DNA of 59,070 nucleotides, from positions 1 through 59,070 of the forward strand of contig DASWZY010000128.1 in assembly GCA_036407055.1 (NCBI GenBank), written 5' to 3'. The DNA comes from Candidatus Binatia bacterium. Lineage in GTDB: Bacteria > Desulfobacterota > Binatia > UBA9968. Numbering within the stretch: position 1 is the first letter of the stretch; every line of letters starts with the position of its first letter. Below, piece by piece: positions 1-9,765 of this stretch. The position numbers and the translations under genes were made by a program. The notes under the pieces are model-generated. The model did no database searches, was not told the DNA's origin, and saw only the letters and a list, made by a program, of their open reading frames with translations.

Positions 1-687
1 TTGATCGAGCGCCGGCGCACGGGACAAAACACCGTCCTGATCATCGACGAGGCGCAGAACCTCGACCCGCCGGCGCTGGAGCAGGTCCGTCTGCTCTCGA
101 ATTTCGAAACCCCGACGGAGAAACTGCTGCAGATATTCCTCGCGGGGCAGCCCGAGCTCCAGTCCAAGCTGGATCTGCCGGAGCTCAGACAGCTGAAGCA
201 GCGCATCTCGCTCCGCTGCGTGATTCGTCCGCTCACCGCGGAAGAGACGCGCGATTACATCAACCATCGCCTGCGCATCGCCGGCGGGCGCCGCATCGAC
301 ATCTTCAGCGATGCCGCGCTCCAGCGCATCACGCGCTACGCCGGCGGCATCCCGCGGCTCGTCAATATCGTCTGCGATCACGCGCTGCTCTTCGGCTACG
401 CGGAGCAAAAGCGGCGCGTCGATCAGGACACAATCGACCAGGTGGTCGCTTATATCGAGCAAGGCGCGCGGCCTCAGCAGGCCCGGAAAAATCGTTTCAG
501 CGGCGGCTGGTCGCTCGTCAAAGCGCCGTTTCACTGGATTTCCGGAGCGCTCGCGACCTTGCTGCTGCTGGCATTCATGTTTTTAGCTCTGAAACTAAAC
601 GCGACGGAAGATTTTTCGCTGCACGTTGAGAACTATATCGTCGAAGTCCTACGCTCGGTTTTCAGCATGTTTGCGATGATTACGTGA
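1..687 (+). CDS. ExeA/GspA(MshM)-like AAA+ ATPase of the EPS/PEP-CTERM-locus type; 5' end cut by the window edge
   Basis: Frame is open from base 1 to TGA 685-687. Strings IIDEAQNL, LLQIFLAGQPEL, LRQLKQRISLRC and TRDYINHRL are typical of the ExeA family. One C-terminal hydrophobic helix, ALATLLLLAFMFLAL. Confidence 0.8.
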   Translation: MIERRRTGQNTVLIIDEAQNLDPPALEQVRLLSNFETPTEKLLQIFLAGQPELQSKLDLPELRQLKQRISLRCVIRPLTAEETRDYINHRLRIAGGRRIDIFSDAALQRITRYAGGIPRLVNIVCDHALLFGYAEQKRRVDQDTIDQVVAYIEQGARPQQARKNRFSGGWSLVKAPFHWISGALATLLLLAFMFLALKLNATEDFSLHVENYIVEVLRSVFSMFAMIT

Positions 688-722
688 CCGGGGATGGGCT
701 CGAAAGCGAGGTGACGAGGAAC

Positions 723-1694
723 ATGAGCAAGTTTTTCGAAGCGCTGGAGCAGGCGGAGCAGGAGCGGCTGCGGGAGGAACGTGTGGAGCACGACAAGAAC
801 GGCGAGGCCCGGCGGCCCGACGAGAATCCCCCGCCCTTTGCGAAGAGCTTGGGTCAAGACGCCGTAGAGCCGCAACCGGTTCACGCGCCGGTCGCACCGG
901 CGAGAAGAAAAATGCAGCGAGAGACGCACGCCGGAGCACTGGAAGATCATTTGGTGACTCTCCTGAGTCCGGCGGCCGCCGACGCCGAGCAGTATAAAAC
1001 CCTTTGCTGCGCCGTCGAAGAAGCGCACGGTAGCGGCAATCTGAAAGTCGTCGCGGTCACGAGTCCCGGCGCCGGCGAGGGAAAGACATTGACCTCGATC
1101 AACATGGCTGCGACTCTGGCGCAAACGCCGGAAAACCGCGTTCTTCTCATCGACGCGGATCTTCGCGAGCCTTCGATCGCGAGTCACTTCGGCCTCGACA
1201 ACTTCGACGGACCGGGGTTCATCGACGCCATTCAAGATGCATCCCTCACGCTGAAAGACGTCGAGCGGACCATGCCGACTTACAATCTTACAGTCGTCAC
1301 CGCGGGTCAGGCGCTCGAATCTCCGTATGAAGCCCTGAAGTCGCGCCGCGCCGAATCGTTCATCGAGGAGGCCCGGGAGCGTTATGACTACATCGTGGTG
1401 GACACGCCGCCCGTCATTCCGGTTCCCGACTGCCGGGTGATCGCACGATGGGTCGAAGGCTTTCTCGTCATCGTCGCCGCGCACAGGACTCCCAAAAAAC
1501 TTCTCGAAGAAACGTTGAACGCGCTGGAAGCGAATAAAGTGCTCGGGCTCGTCTTTAATCGCGACGACTTCCCGCTCGCGAACTACTACGGATACAGCTA
1601 CGCATATGGCAGTTACGGACAGCAAAGCCGCAGGCGATTGAATAATCGTTTGGTAAGGAAAATGGCTCCATCGAGAGTATCGACCGGATCGTAA
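723..1694 (+). CDS. Cytoplasmic BY-kinase (CpsD/CapB/EpsG-type tyrosine autokinase)
   Basis: Walker A SPGAGEGKT, Walker A' LLIDADLREP, Walker B YDYIVVDTPP, C-terminal Tyr cluster NYYGYSYAYGSYG. Start placed at ATG 723 (MSKFFEALEQAE, GAGGTGA upstream) rather than the track's GTG 684. Confidence 0.85.
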   Translation: MSKFFEALEQAEQERLREERVEHDKNGEARRPDENPPPFAKSLGQDAVEPQPVHAPVAPARRKMQRETHAGALEDHLVTLLSPAAADAEQYKTLCCAVEEAHGSGNLKVVAVTSPGAGEGKTLTSINMAATLAQTPENRVLLIDADLREPSIASHFGLDNFDGPGFIDAIQDASLTLKDVERTMPTYNLTVVTAGQALESPYEALKSRRAESFIEEARERYDYIVVDTPPVIPVPDCRVIARWVEGFLVIVAAHRTPKKLLEETLNALEANKVLGLVFNRDDFPLANYYGYSYAYGSYGQQSRRRLNNRLVRKMAPSRVSTGS

Positions 1695-1706
1695 GGAACA
1701 CATCCC

Positions 1707-3179
1707 ATGTCCGCTACGCTGCTCTTCATCGAAGGAAGCTCGATTTTCGGCGCGGTCTACATGGTCCTTGCGGGATGGATGCATCTCTTATTCAGAGATT
1801 GGAGCCTCATGCACGTGGCGAGCCAGCAGGCATTCGGATTCTCGATCTGCTGCTCGTTCGCTTTTTATTATAACGGCCTTTACAACCTCAGAAACGTCCG
1901 CAACCTGGCCGAGACGTCTCCGCGTCTGATCCGTTCGATCCCTCTGGCGCTCCTGCTGCTCGCGCTGCTCTACACGGTATTTCCCGCCAGCAAGATCACC
2001 CCGGGACTTCTGATCTTGAGCGCCTGCGTCGTGGCCGGGGTGCTGCTCGCATCGCGCGCCCTCTTATACAAGATACTCCGGCATCGCCCGTTTTCTTATC
2101 GCGTCCTCATTTTGGGAACCGGACCGCTGGCGCAAAAACTGATCCGGCAAATGGAGCTGCAGCCGGCCTGCCGCTATTACATCGCGGGCATTGTCGACGA
2201 TTCGGCGACTTCCACGCTGTTCGAAGACGAATCACTTCGAGGCGTGCTCGAGCGCCTCGGCTACCCGTACATGGGCCCTCTGCGCCATCTACGGAAAATC
2301 ATCGATATTTCACGGGCCGATCGCATTATCGTTGCGCAGCCGGAAGGCCTGGAGCATTGCCCAGTCCGGCATATTCTCCTGGAATACCGCCCCCGCGGCA
2401 TCGTCATTGAAGACGGTGTCGAAGTTTACGAGCGCATGACCGGCAAAGTCGCCATCGAATGGCTGAAGCCCGAGACGCTGCTTTTCTCCAAAGATTTTCG
2501 CCGTTCCCGTTTCGACGAGGGGCTTGCCCGCCTCGCGAGCTTTATCGCTTCGGTTCCGGGCCTGATCGTTCTTGCGCCCTTTTTCCTCATTGTCGCGCTC
2601 GTTATCAAGTTCGATTCTCGCGGGCCGATACTCTTCATCCAGGAGCGCATCGGAAGAAACGGCAAGCCTTTCAATCTCCTGAAGTTCCGCACGATGCACC
2701 CGGCGGAGGAAACCACATCCGAGTGGGCGAGCGACAACGTCGATCGCATCACGCGCGCGGGAAAATGGCTGAGAAAATTCCGTCTCGACGAGTTGCCGCA
2801 GTTGTGGAACGTATTGAAGGGGGAGATGAATCTCGTCGGCCCGCGGCCGCACCCCGCGTCCAACTTCGCGCTTTTCGTCCTCGTCTCGCGGAACGCTCCG
2901 GAATGCGGGCAGCCCATCCCCTTTTACGCGCTGCGCTCGATGGTCCGTCCGGGAATTACCGGCTGGGCACAGATTCGCTACCGCTACGCCAACGGTCTCG
3001 ACGAGGAGATCGAGAAGATGCGCTACGATCTCTACTACATCAAGCACATGTCGTTCTATTTCGACGTGCGCATTCTTTTCCAGACGATTAAAGTCGTTTT
3101 GTTCGGTCAGGAGTCGCGCGACCTGCCCGCGGAAGGATTGACTGCCGAGCCCGGCGAAGAGCTGGGAAGCGCCGCGTAG
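1707..3179 (+). CDS. Initiating polyprenyl-phosphate glycosyl-1-phosphate transferase (WbaP/EpsB-type bacterial sugar transferase)
   Basis: N-terminal TM helices plus a C-terminal sugar-transferase domain: PILFIQERIGRNGKPFNLLKFRTM, DELPQLWNVLKGEMNLVGPRP, GITGWAQI. Confidence 0.9.
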   Translation: MSATLLFIEGSSIFGAVYMVLAGWMHLLFRDWSLMHVASQQAFGFSICCSFAFYYNGLYNLRNVRNLAETSPRLIRSIPLALLLLALLYTVFPASKITPGLLILSACVVAGVLLASRALLYKILRHRPFSYRVLILGTGPLAQKLIRQMELQPACRYYIAGIVDDSATSTLFEDESLRGVLERLGYPYMGPLRHLRKIIDISRADRIIVAQPEGLEHCPVRHILLEYRPRGIVIEDGVEVYERMTGKVAIEWLKPETLLFSKDFRRSRFDEGLARLASFIASVPGLIVLAPFFLIVALVIKFDSRGPILFIQERIGRNGKPFNLLKFRTMHPAEETTSEWASDNVDRITRAGKWLRKFRLDELPQLWNVLKGEMNLVGPRPHPASNFALFVLVSRNAPECGQPIPFYALRSMVRPGITGWAQIRYRYANGLDEEIEKMRYDLYYIKHMSFYFDVRILFQTIKVVLFGQESRDLPAEGLTAEPGEELGSAA

Positions 3180-3190
3180 ACGGAGGAACC

Positions 3191-4186
3191 ATGAAAACCA
3201 GCGCTTTGCAATTTCTGGTCTGTCCCCCGTGTCAAATCGAGCTCAAACTCGAAGAGAAAAGTCGCACAGCCGCGGAGGTCATGGAGGGGCGGCTTCAATG
3301 CCCCAAGTGCGGCGCTGCGTATCCCATCATCCGAGGCGTACCCAGGTTCGTCGAAGACGGCTCGTATGCAGCCAGCTTCGGCGATGAATGGAACTGGTTC
3401 AGTACAGTCCAGATGGATTCTCTAAACGGTACGCGCCAATCGGAGGAGACTCTGGACGCGACGACCGGCTGGACTGCGCAGGATTATAAAGGAAGCCTGA
3501 CCCTCGACGTGGGCGTCGGTTGCGGTCGCTTCGCCGAGATCGTCGCGAACAAAGGCGGCGAAATTGTCGGCATAGACCTAACGTCGGCTGTTGACGCCGC
3601 CTTCAAGAATATCGGCGCGCGCGAGCGCGTACACATCATCCAGGCGAATCTCTTTTCGATGCCTTTTCGGAAGGAGAGCTTCGATCTCGTCTATTCGATC
3701 GGAGTGCTGCATCACACTCCCGATACCAAAGCGGCTTTCGACCGCACTGCCGAGATGGTCAAGCCCGGCGGGGGCTTAGCCGTCTATCTTTACGACCGCT
3801 ACGGCTTCGCCTACCATTTCTCCGACATGATTCGCGTCGTCACGACGCGTCTGCCACTGAAAGCGGTTTATTATCTGAGCACGATTTCCATTCCCATCTA
3901 CTACTTGTATCGAATCCGCAAGCTCGGCAGTGTGTTCTACACTTTTTTTCCCATCTCCATGCACCGCGATTGGCGCTGGCGGTGGTGCGAAACCTTCGAC
4001 TGGTATACGCCGAAGTACCAATGGAAATTGTTTTACCCGCAAGTGCATCGCTGGTTTCGCGAACATCGCTTTCATAAGATCATTATGTCCGATGAGCCTA
4101 TCCGGATGTCGGGGAGAAGGTCTGTTCAACTTCGCCAGCATCCCGAGGCTGAGTCTCTAGAACGCGTCCAGCAGCTCGCGAGTTGA
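3191..4186 (+). CDS. Class I SAM-dependent methyltransferase with an N-terminal Trm112-like zinc ribbon
   Basis: CPPC...CPKCG four-Cys ribbon followed by YPIIRGVPRFV. SAM motif I LDVGVGCGRF. LKPGGGLAVY. Confidence 0.8.
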   Translation: MKTSALQFLVCPPCQIELKLEEKSRTAAEVMEGRLQCPKCGAAYPIIRGVPRFVEDGSYAASFGDEWNWFSTVQMDSLNGTRQSEETLDATTGWTAQDYKGSLTLDVGVGCGRFAEIVANKGGEIVGIDLTSAVDAAFKNIGARERVHIIQANLFSMPFRKESFDLVYSIGVLHHTPDTKAAFDRTAEMVKPGGGLAVYLYDRYGFAYHFSDMIRVVTTRLPLKAVYYLSTISIPIYYLYRIRKLGSVFYTFFPISMHRDWRWRWCETFDWYTPKYQWKLFYPQVHRWFREHRFHKIIMSDEPIRMSGRRSVQLRQHPEAESLERVQQLAS

Positions 4187-4250
4187 ACTTTTCTTTCGGT
4201 CGGCAGCGTCCTTCTCACCGTCGCTGATGGTCCTCTGAACATCACTGGTA

Positions 4251-5573
4251 ATGGCTCCAAGTTCATCTCTGGAATGGTGGCGCCCAGTCGCCTTTAACGC
4301 GGCCGCCTCGACTCCCGAAGGGGCAGCGCACCGTCGTTCGAGCGGCGCTCTGCCCTTCTCGGTTCTCATGACGTTTACTTTCTTAATGCTCCTGGCGCCT
4401 CAAAGCTTTTTTCCCGTGCTGCAAACTTTTCGCCTTCCTTTAATCGTCGCCATTCTAGCGACGGCTACTTACATCTGCGATCGCATCATACATAATGCGC
4501 CGCTCAGTTACGGTACTCGTGAAATTTGGCTGATTGTGCTCCTGACTGCATGGGCGGCGCTCACGGCCCCGCTCTCGTATTCCCCCCAAGATAGCTGGAG
4601 TTTTTTGCTGAACACCTACAGCAGGACTCTCGTTGTCTTCTGGTTGGTAAGCAATGTCATCAACTCGAGCGAAAGACTGTATCGGACTTTTTGGGCGCTG
4701 ACGCTGATGGCAGTACCGCTTGCCGGCACGGCAATTCAACATTTTCTTTCAGGCGTTTACATGCAGACCGGCGGCGACCGAATCTTCGGCTATGACGCGC
4801 CGCTCACCGGCAATCCCAACGATCTCGCGCTGATGCTCAATCTCATTCTGCCCCTGACCATCGCGCTATTGCTGACCCACCGAAGCCTCTCGGTGCGCCT
4901 CCTTTTGCTCACGGCGATCTTCTTATCGGCCGCGGGCGTGATCGTGACCTTCTCACGGACGGGGTTCCTGACATTAGTGACGCTGCTGCCGCTTTACCTT
5001 TGGAAATTGCGCAGCCGCCGGGGCCAGCGGTGGGTTTGGGCCCTGGTTCTGTTGATTTTATCATGCATTCCAATTGTGGGACCGGCCTACATCGACCGGC
5101 TATCGACGATTACCAATATAGAAGCCGACAAGTCGGGCTCGGCACAGGAGCGTTGGGCGGACATGAGCGCGGCAGCGGCCTTCACAATCGATCATCCACT
5201 CTTCGGCGCGGGTATCGGCCAGAACCACCTCGCCCTTCTGGAAGAGCGCGGTCCGGAGGGCGGAATCGTTCACAACGTCTACCTGGAATATTCATCAGAG
5301 CTCGGATTGATCGGACTTGCGATCTTCCTGCTGTTCTATTTCGCCAGCCTAAAGTCCGCCGCGTCGGTGCAGCGGCGCGCCGCCGACGATGGAGACACCG
5401 AGATGTTTTACATGGGGGAGGCGATCCAGGTCAGCCTGATCGCGTTCGGCGTCGCCGCGATGTTCCACCCCGTGGCCTATAGTATGTACCTCTTCTACTT
5501 CGCCGGCCTCGCGGTGGCGGCTAAACACGTCCTCGCGATACGACAGGACATGGCATGGAAACGAACAAAATAA
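4251..5573 (+). CDS. O-antigen ligase/polymerase-like (Wzy_C-type) polytopic membrane protein
   Basis: About 10-12 hydrophobic helices. Central FSRTGFLTL segment and a large loop (IEADKSGSAQERW...HPLFGAGIGQ), as in the O-antigen ligase family. The true start may be an internal Met (e.g. MTFTFLMLL). Confidence 0.7.
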   Translation: MAPSSSLEWWRPVAFNAAASTPEGAAHRRSSGALPFSVLMTFTFLMLLAPQSFFPVLQTFRLPLIVAILATATYICDRIIHNAPLSYGTREIWLIVLLTAWAALTAPLSYSPQDSWSFLLNTYSRTLVVFWLVSNVINSSERLYRTFWALTLMAVPLAGTAIQHFLSGVYMQTGGDRIFGYDAPLTGNPNDLALMLNLILPLTIALLLTHRSLSVRLLLLTAIFLSAAGVIVTFSRTGFLTLVTLLPLYLWKLRSRRGQRWVWALVLLILSCIPIVGPAYIDRLSTITNIEADKSGSAQERWADMSAAAAFTIDHPLFGAGIGQNHLALLEERGPEGGIVHNVYLEYSSELGLIGLAIFLLFYFASLKSAASVQRRAADDGDTEMFYMGEAIQVSLIAFGVAAMFHPVAYSMYLFYFAGLAVAAKHVLAIRQDMAWKRTK

Positions 5574-6790
5574 AAGTTTTGAAGTTTCTGACGAGCTTCG
5601 ATATCGGCGGCACCGAGCGCCACGTCGTGAATTTGCTGCGCGGTCTCGACCGTACGAAGTTCGACGTCTCGATGGCGTGTCTTCGCAAACAGGGGCCGTT
5701 TTTGAAAGACGTCGAGCGCCTGAACATTCCGGTCGAAGAGTACAGTCTCGGGAGCTTTCGCAGCCGCAAGGCGATCCAGGAGCAGATCCGCTGCGCCCGT
5801 TGGATTCGAGCCAACGGCGTTCACATCGTGCACACGTACGGCTTTTACTCCAATGTTTTCGGCATTCCGGCCGCCAAGCTGGGGGGCGCGTCGTACGTGA
5901 TCGGCTCGGTCCGGGACACCCTCGAATTCCCGCGCGTCCAAAGCGCGGTTCATAAGTTCGTCTGCCGGTTTGCCAACGCCATCTTCGTCAACGCGGACGT
6001 CATCCGCGGCCGGCTCATCGCCGGGGGATACAACGGCGCGAAGATCAACGTCGTGAAAAACGGGGTCGATCTGTCCCCCTTCGCGCAGAAAAACGAGAGC
6101 GGCAAGCTGCGCCAGGAGTTCGGCCTTTATCCGACGGCTCCGCTGATCGTCGTCCTCTCGCGGCTCAGCAGCGTCAAAGGCATCGATTACTTTATCGAGG
6201 CCGCGGCAATCGTCGCCAAACGTTTCGAGGAGGCGCGGTTTTTAATCGTCGGCGACTTTAAAGACGACCCGGCCTACAAAGCGACGCTCAAGCGTCAGGC
6301 GATCCGCCTCGGCCTCGGCCGCCGCGTCGTCTTCGCCGGCTTCCGACTCGACGTGCGGGAAATTCTCTCGGAGGCGACAATGTCCGTGCTGCCGTGCCAT
6401 TCCGGCGAGGGCCTTTCGAACGCGATTCTCGAAGCCATGGCCACAGGCCTGCCCGTCATTGCCACGACGGTGGGCGGCAATCCCGAACTCGTCGCCGACG
6501 GAAAGACCGGCCTGCTGGTGCCGCCGCGCGACCCGGGCGCGCTGGCGAACGCGATGTCGCTCCTGCTCGCGGATCCGCAAAAAGCGCGCGCGTTCGGCGC
6601 CGCCGGGAAGCAGCGCGTCATGACGGAATTTTCGCTCGAGCGCATGGTGCGCCAGACCGAAAATTTATATCTCCGCGCGCTAAACCGCGACGTCGAACTG
6701 CCCGACAACGATCGTGAAATATGTCGCGAAGCGACGGTCCAAGACGGCGGCCGCAGGTATCGCAATATGGATTGGCCGCCCGCGCGATAA
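5555..6790 (+). CDS. GT4 (GT-B fold) glycosyltransferase, 'stp2'-like
   Basis: N-terminus KVLKFLTSFDIGGTERHV. C-terminal E-x7-E region EAMATGLPVIATTVGGNPELVADGKTGLLV. Overlaps the upstream gene by 19 nt. Confidence 0.85.
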   Translation: METNKIKVLKFLTSFDIGGTERHVVNLLRGLDRTKFDVSMACLRKQGPFLKDVERLNIPVEEYSLGSFRSRKAIQEQIRCARWIRANGVHIVHTYGFYSNVFGIPAAKLGGASYVIGSVRDTLEFPRVQSAVHKFVCRFANAIFVNADVIRGRLIAGGYNGAKINVVKNGVDLSPFAQKNESGKLRQEFGLYPTAPLIVVLSRLSSVKGIDYFIEAAAIVAKRFEEARFLIVGDFKDDPAYKATLKRQAIRLGLGRRVVFAGFRLDVREILSEATMSVLPCHSGEGLSNAILEAMATGLPVIATTVGGNPELVADGKTGLLVPPRDPGALANAMSLLLADPQKARAFGAAGKQRVMTEFSLERMVRQTENLYLRALNRDVELPDNDREICREATVQDGGRRYRNMDWPPAR

Positions 6791-6806
6791 TCCGATGGGA
6801 GTCACC

Positions 6807-7862
6807 ATGAACCATGCAGGCGCCGATAACGTCAATGGCCTGAGCGGTCTCGCCGGCAAGCGGGCGGCGCGCGACGAGGTGGAAATCTTCTCGACCTGCC
6901 CCGAATCGAGCCGCGTCGCGCCGGAGATTTACCGGCAGCAGTTGATCGAGGTGGCACGCTGGAGCGACGCGGCAGGCTGCCGCGGCATTCTCGTCTATTC
7001 GGACAACTCGCTGCTCGATCCATGGCTGCTCTCGCAGATCATCATCGAAAACACGAACGTGCTCTGCCCGCTGGTCGCGGTGCAGCCGATCTACATGCAC
7101 CCGTTTACGGTCGCGAAGATGGTCGCGACCTTCGCGCAGCTCTATCGCCGGCGCATTTATCTCAACATGATCGCCGGCGGCTTCAAAAATGACCTTGCCG
7201 CCTTGAATGATTCGACGCCGCACGACGAGCGCTACGACCGGCTGGTGGAATACACGCTGATCATCAAGCGCTTGCTTTTGGGTGAGACGGTCACGTTCGA
7301 AGGCAAGTTCTACCGGGTCGACAAACTGAAGCTTTCACCGCCCCTGCCGCCGGATTTGTTTCCGGGCATCTTTATCTCCGGCTCGTCGGAGGCGGGCATG
7401 GCCGCCGCGCGGGCGATCGGCTGCACCGCAATCAAATATCCGCGGCCGACGCATGAAGAGGAATCGGTTTTGGCCTGCGGCATCGATTGCGGCATTCGCG
7501 TAGGTGTGATCGCGCGCGCGCGCGAAGATGACGCTTGGGCGTTCGCCTACGGTGAGTTTCCCGAAGATCGCAAGGGCCAGCTCACACGGCAGCTGGCGGC
7601 CAAGGTCTCCGATTCTTTATGGCACCGGCAGCTCGCCGAGCTGGAAAAAGTCTCCGACCGGACTGCGTATTGGCTCGTGCCATTTCAAAACTATAAGACG
7701 ATGTGCCCATATCTCGTCGGAAGCTACGACACCGTCGCCGCGGAGATCGCGCGCTATCTCGCGTCGGGCTACACGACCTTCATCCTCGATATTCCCCGCG
7801 GTGCCCAAGAGCTCAGCCACAGCCGCATCGCGTTCGACCGCGCACTCCGGCCGCTCGCATGA
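6807..7862 (+). CDS. LLM-class (luciferase-like) flavin-dependent oxidoreductase
   Basis: Long match to the LLM fold: ILVYSDNSLLDPWLLSQ, LVAVQPIYMHPFTVAKMVATF, LNMIAGGFKNDLAALND, YDRLVEYTLIIKRLL. Start at ATG 6807 (GGGAG upstream) or ATG 6795. The track's start at 6714 lies inside the previous gene. Confidence 0.75.
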   Translation: MNHAGADNVNGLSGLAGKRAARDEVEIFSTCPESSRVAPEIYRQQLIEVARWSDAAGCRGILVYSDNSLLDPWLLSQIIIENTNVLCPLVAVQPIYMHPFTVAKMVATFAQLYRRRIYLNMIAGGFKNDLAALNDSTPHDERYDRLVEYTLIIKRLLLGETVTFEGKFYRVDKLKLSPPLPPDLFPGIFISGSSEAGMAAARAIGCTAIKYPRPTHEEESVLACGIDCGIRVGVIARAREDDAWAFAYGEFPEDRKGQLTRQLAAKVSDSLWHRQLAELEKVSDRTAYWLVPFQNYKTMCPYLVGSYDTVAAEIARYLASGYTTFILDIPRGAQELSHSRIAFDRALRPLA

Positions 7863-9466
7863 TTCGCTTGCTGCACAACTGGTTGACGCTTAACGCCGAG
7901 CGCGCACCGGGGAGCATCGCCGTCGTCATGGAGACTCAAGCGATTACGTACGGCGAGGCCGAACGCCTATCTAACCAGCTCGCGCGCGGCCTGAAAGACG
8001 CGGGCTGCCGACGCGGCGACCGGGTATGCCTGCTCGCGCCGAAATCCATCGACGCGATCGTCGCAATTCTCGGCATCATCAAGGCCGACTGCACCTTTGT
8101 CCCGCTCGATCCTCAATGCCCGGCGGCGCGTCATCGCAAGATCATCGAGAACTGCGAATCCCGCTGCATTCTCGCGGCGGGAAATACCGCGACGCTGCTC
8201 GACGAAATCTTCGCCGCCGGCGCCTTCGATTTTCCTTTTTCGGCCGGCGCGCTCGGCGGCGCGCGCATCGACGGTCCGCACTGCCGCGCGGCATTCTCGG
8301 CGTCGGATTTCTCGACCTATTCCGGCGCGCCGCTCGAATATCGAAACGACACCGTCGATCCGGCGCACATCCTGTTCACTTCCGGCTCGACGGGGACTCC
8401 CAAGGGCGTCGTGATCACGCACGCGAACGTCATCGCGTTTGTCGACTGGGGCAAGGAATACTTTCACATTCGTCCCGGCGGGCGGAACTCGTGCCACTCG
8501 CCGCTTCATTTCGATCTCTCCACGTTTGACATTTACGGAACACTCGCAGCGGGCGCCGAGCTGCATCTGGTGCCGGCAGAAGCGAATCTATTGCCGCACA
8601 AGCTGGCGGACTTCATCCGCCGGTCGGAGCTCACGCAATGGTTTTCCGTTCCCTCGATCCTGAACTACATGGCGAAATTCGACGCCGTGAAAGACGAAGA
8701 CTTTCCGGAGCTGCGCGAGCTGCTCTGGTGCGGCGAGGTCTTCCCTACCCCGGCGCTGATCTACTGGATGCGGCGGCTGCCCCACGTTCGCTTTACCAAT
8801 CTGTACGGCCCGACGGAGACAACAATCGCGAGCAGCTACTACACGCTGCCGGCATGTCCGGCCGAGGAAAGAAGCTCGATACCGATCGGCACCGCGTGTC
8901 CCGGCGAGTCGCTGATGGTCTTGGATGAAAAGCTCGAGCCCGTTCCGGCGGGCGAAATCGGAAGTCTTTATATCGGCGGCGCGGGCCTGAGCCCGGGATA
9001 TTGGCGCGACGAGGAGAAAACGCATGGGGCTTTTGTGCGCCAGCCCTGCGGCGACGATCGCTCCGAGCGCGTCTATAAGACCGGCGATCTCGCCTCCCTC
9101 GGCCAAGACGGTCTCGTTTATTATGTCGGCCGCTCGGATTTCCAGATCAAGAGCCGCGGGTATCGCATCGAGCTCGGCGAGATCGAGTCGGCGCTCCATT
9201 CGTTGCCGGACCTGCAGGAGTGCGCGGTCGTCGCCGTGACTCTCGGCGGATTCGAAGGCGCGCGCGTCTGCTGCGCATACGTTCCGCTCGCCGGGGAGTG
9301 CGCCGGCCCGCTCACGCTGCGTAAAGAGCTGAGCCGCCTGCTTCCTTCGTACATGCTGCCGACTCACTGGCTCGAATTCGACTCGCTGCCGAAAAACGCC
9401 AACGGCAAGATCGATCGGCGGAAACTCGTGGAGGAATTCAAGAACCATGAAGCCCCTGCCGCGTGA
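7859..9466 (+). CDS. Adenylate-forming enzyme (amino-acid adenylation domain / DltA-like carrier-protein ligase)
   Basis: Core motifs LFTSGSTGTPKGV, NLYGPTETT, YKTGDL, GRSDFQIKSRGYRIELGEIE, PKNANGKIDR. ATG 7859 forms an ATGA overlap with the LLM stop. Confidence 0.85.
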   Translation: MIRLLHNWLTLNAERAPGSIAVVMETQAITYGEAERLSNQLARGLKDAGCRRGDRVCLLAPKSIDAIVAILGIIKADCTFVPLDPQCPAARHRKIIENCESRCILAAGNTATLLDEIFAAGAFDFPFSAGALGGARIDGPHCRAAFSASDFSTYSGAPLEYRNDTVDPAHILFTSGSTGTPKGVVITHANVIAFVDWGKEYFHIRPGGRNSCHSPLHFDLSTFDIYGTLAAGAELHLVPAEANLLPHKLADFIRRSELTQWFSVPSILNYMAKFDAVKDEDFPELRELLWCGEVFPTPALIYWMRRLPHVRFTNLYGPTETTIASSYYTLPACPAEERSSIPIGTACPGESLMVLDEKLEPVPAGEIGSLYIGGAGLSPGYWRDEEKTHGAFVRQPCGDDRSERVYKTGDLASLGQDGLVYYVGRSDFQIKSRGYRIELGEIESALHSLPDLQECAVVAVTLGGFEGARVCCAYVPLAGECAGPLTLRKELSRLLPSYMLPTHWLEFDSLPKNANGKIDRRKLVEEFKNHEAPAA

Positions 9467-9761
9467 CGGTGAAGCGAACGCGTCCATTGCCCTTGCTGCG
9501 CCGCTGTGCGACCGAATCGCCGTCTTGTTTTCCGACAAGCTCCATATCGAAGTGCCTTCGCTGGAGACGGACCTGATGGAAAGCGGCATACTCGACTCTC
9601 TCACGCTCGTCGAGCTGCTGTTTCACATCGAGCAGGAGCTGGGGTTTAAGATTTCGCTGGAAGTGGTCGATCTCGATCACTTTCGCTCGATCGCACGCAT
9701 CGCCGATTTTCTCATGTCTCGTAACGGCTCCCATCGGAACGGCGGCGACAAGACAATCTGA
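9447..9761 (+). CDS. Acyl/peptidyl carrier protein
   Basis: 104 aa. Phosphopantetheine-attachment motif GILDSLTLVELL. Overlaps the adenylation gene by 20 nt. Confidence 0.8.
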   Translation: MKPLPRDGEANASIALAAPLCDRIAVLFSDKLHIEVPSLETDLMESGILDSLTLVELLFHIEQELGFKISLEVVDLDHFRSIARIADFLMSRNGSHRNGGDKTI

Positions 9762-9765
9762 AGAA

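Noticed and set aside
633-1784. 383-aa minus-strand ORF spanning the BY-kinase gene
   Set aside because: It lies entirely antisense to a gene with clear Walker and Tyr-cluster motifs. It is Arg/Gly-rich with no motifs, a typical shadow ORF of high-GC DNA.
4251-5573. Considered as the missing exosortase (multi-TM protein in a PEP-CTERM-style locus)
   Set aside because: Its size (440 aa), large external loop and FSRTGFLTL/Wzy_C-like segment fit the O-antigen ligase/polymerase family rather than the shorter exosortase family with its Cys/Arg/His catalytic pattern.
7620-7635. TGGCAC hexamer resembling a sigma-54 -24 element
   Set aside because: It is followed by CGGCA-GCTC, not N5-TTGC. It lies deep inside the LLM coding sequence.
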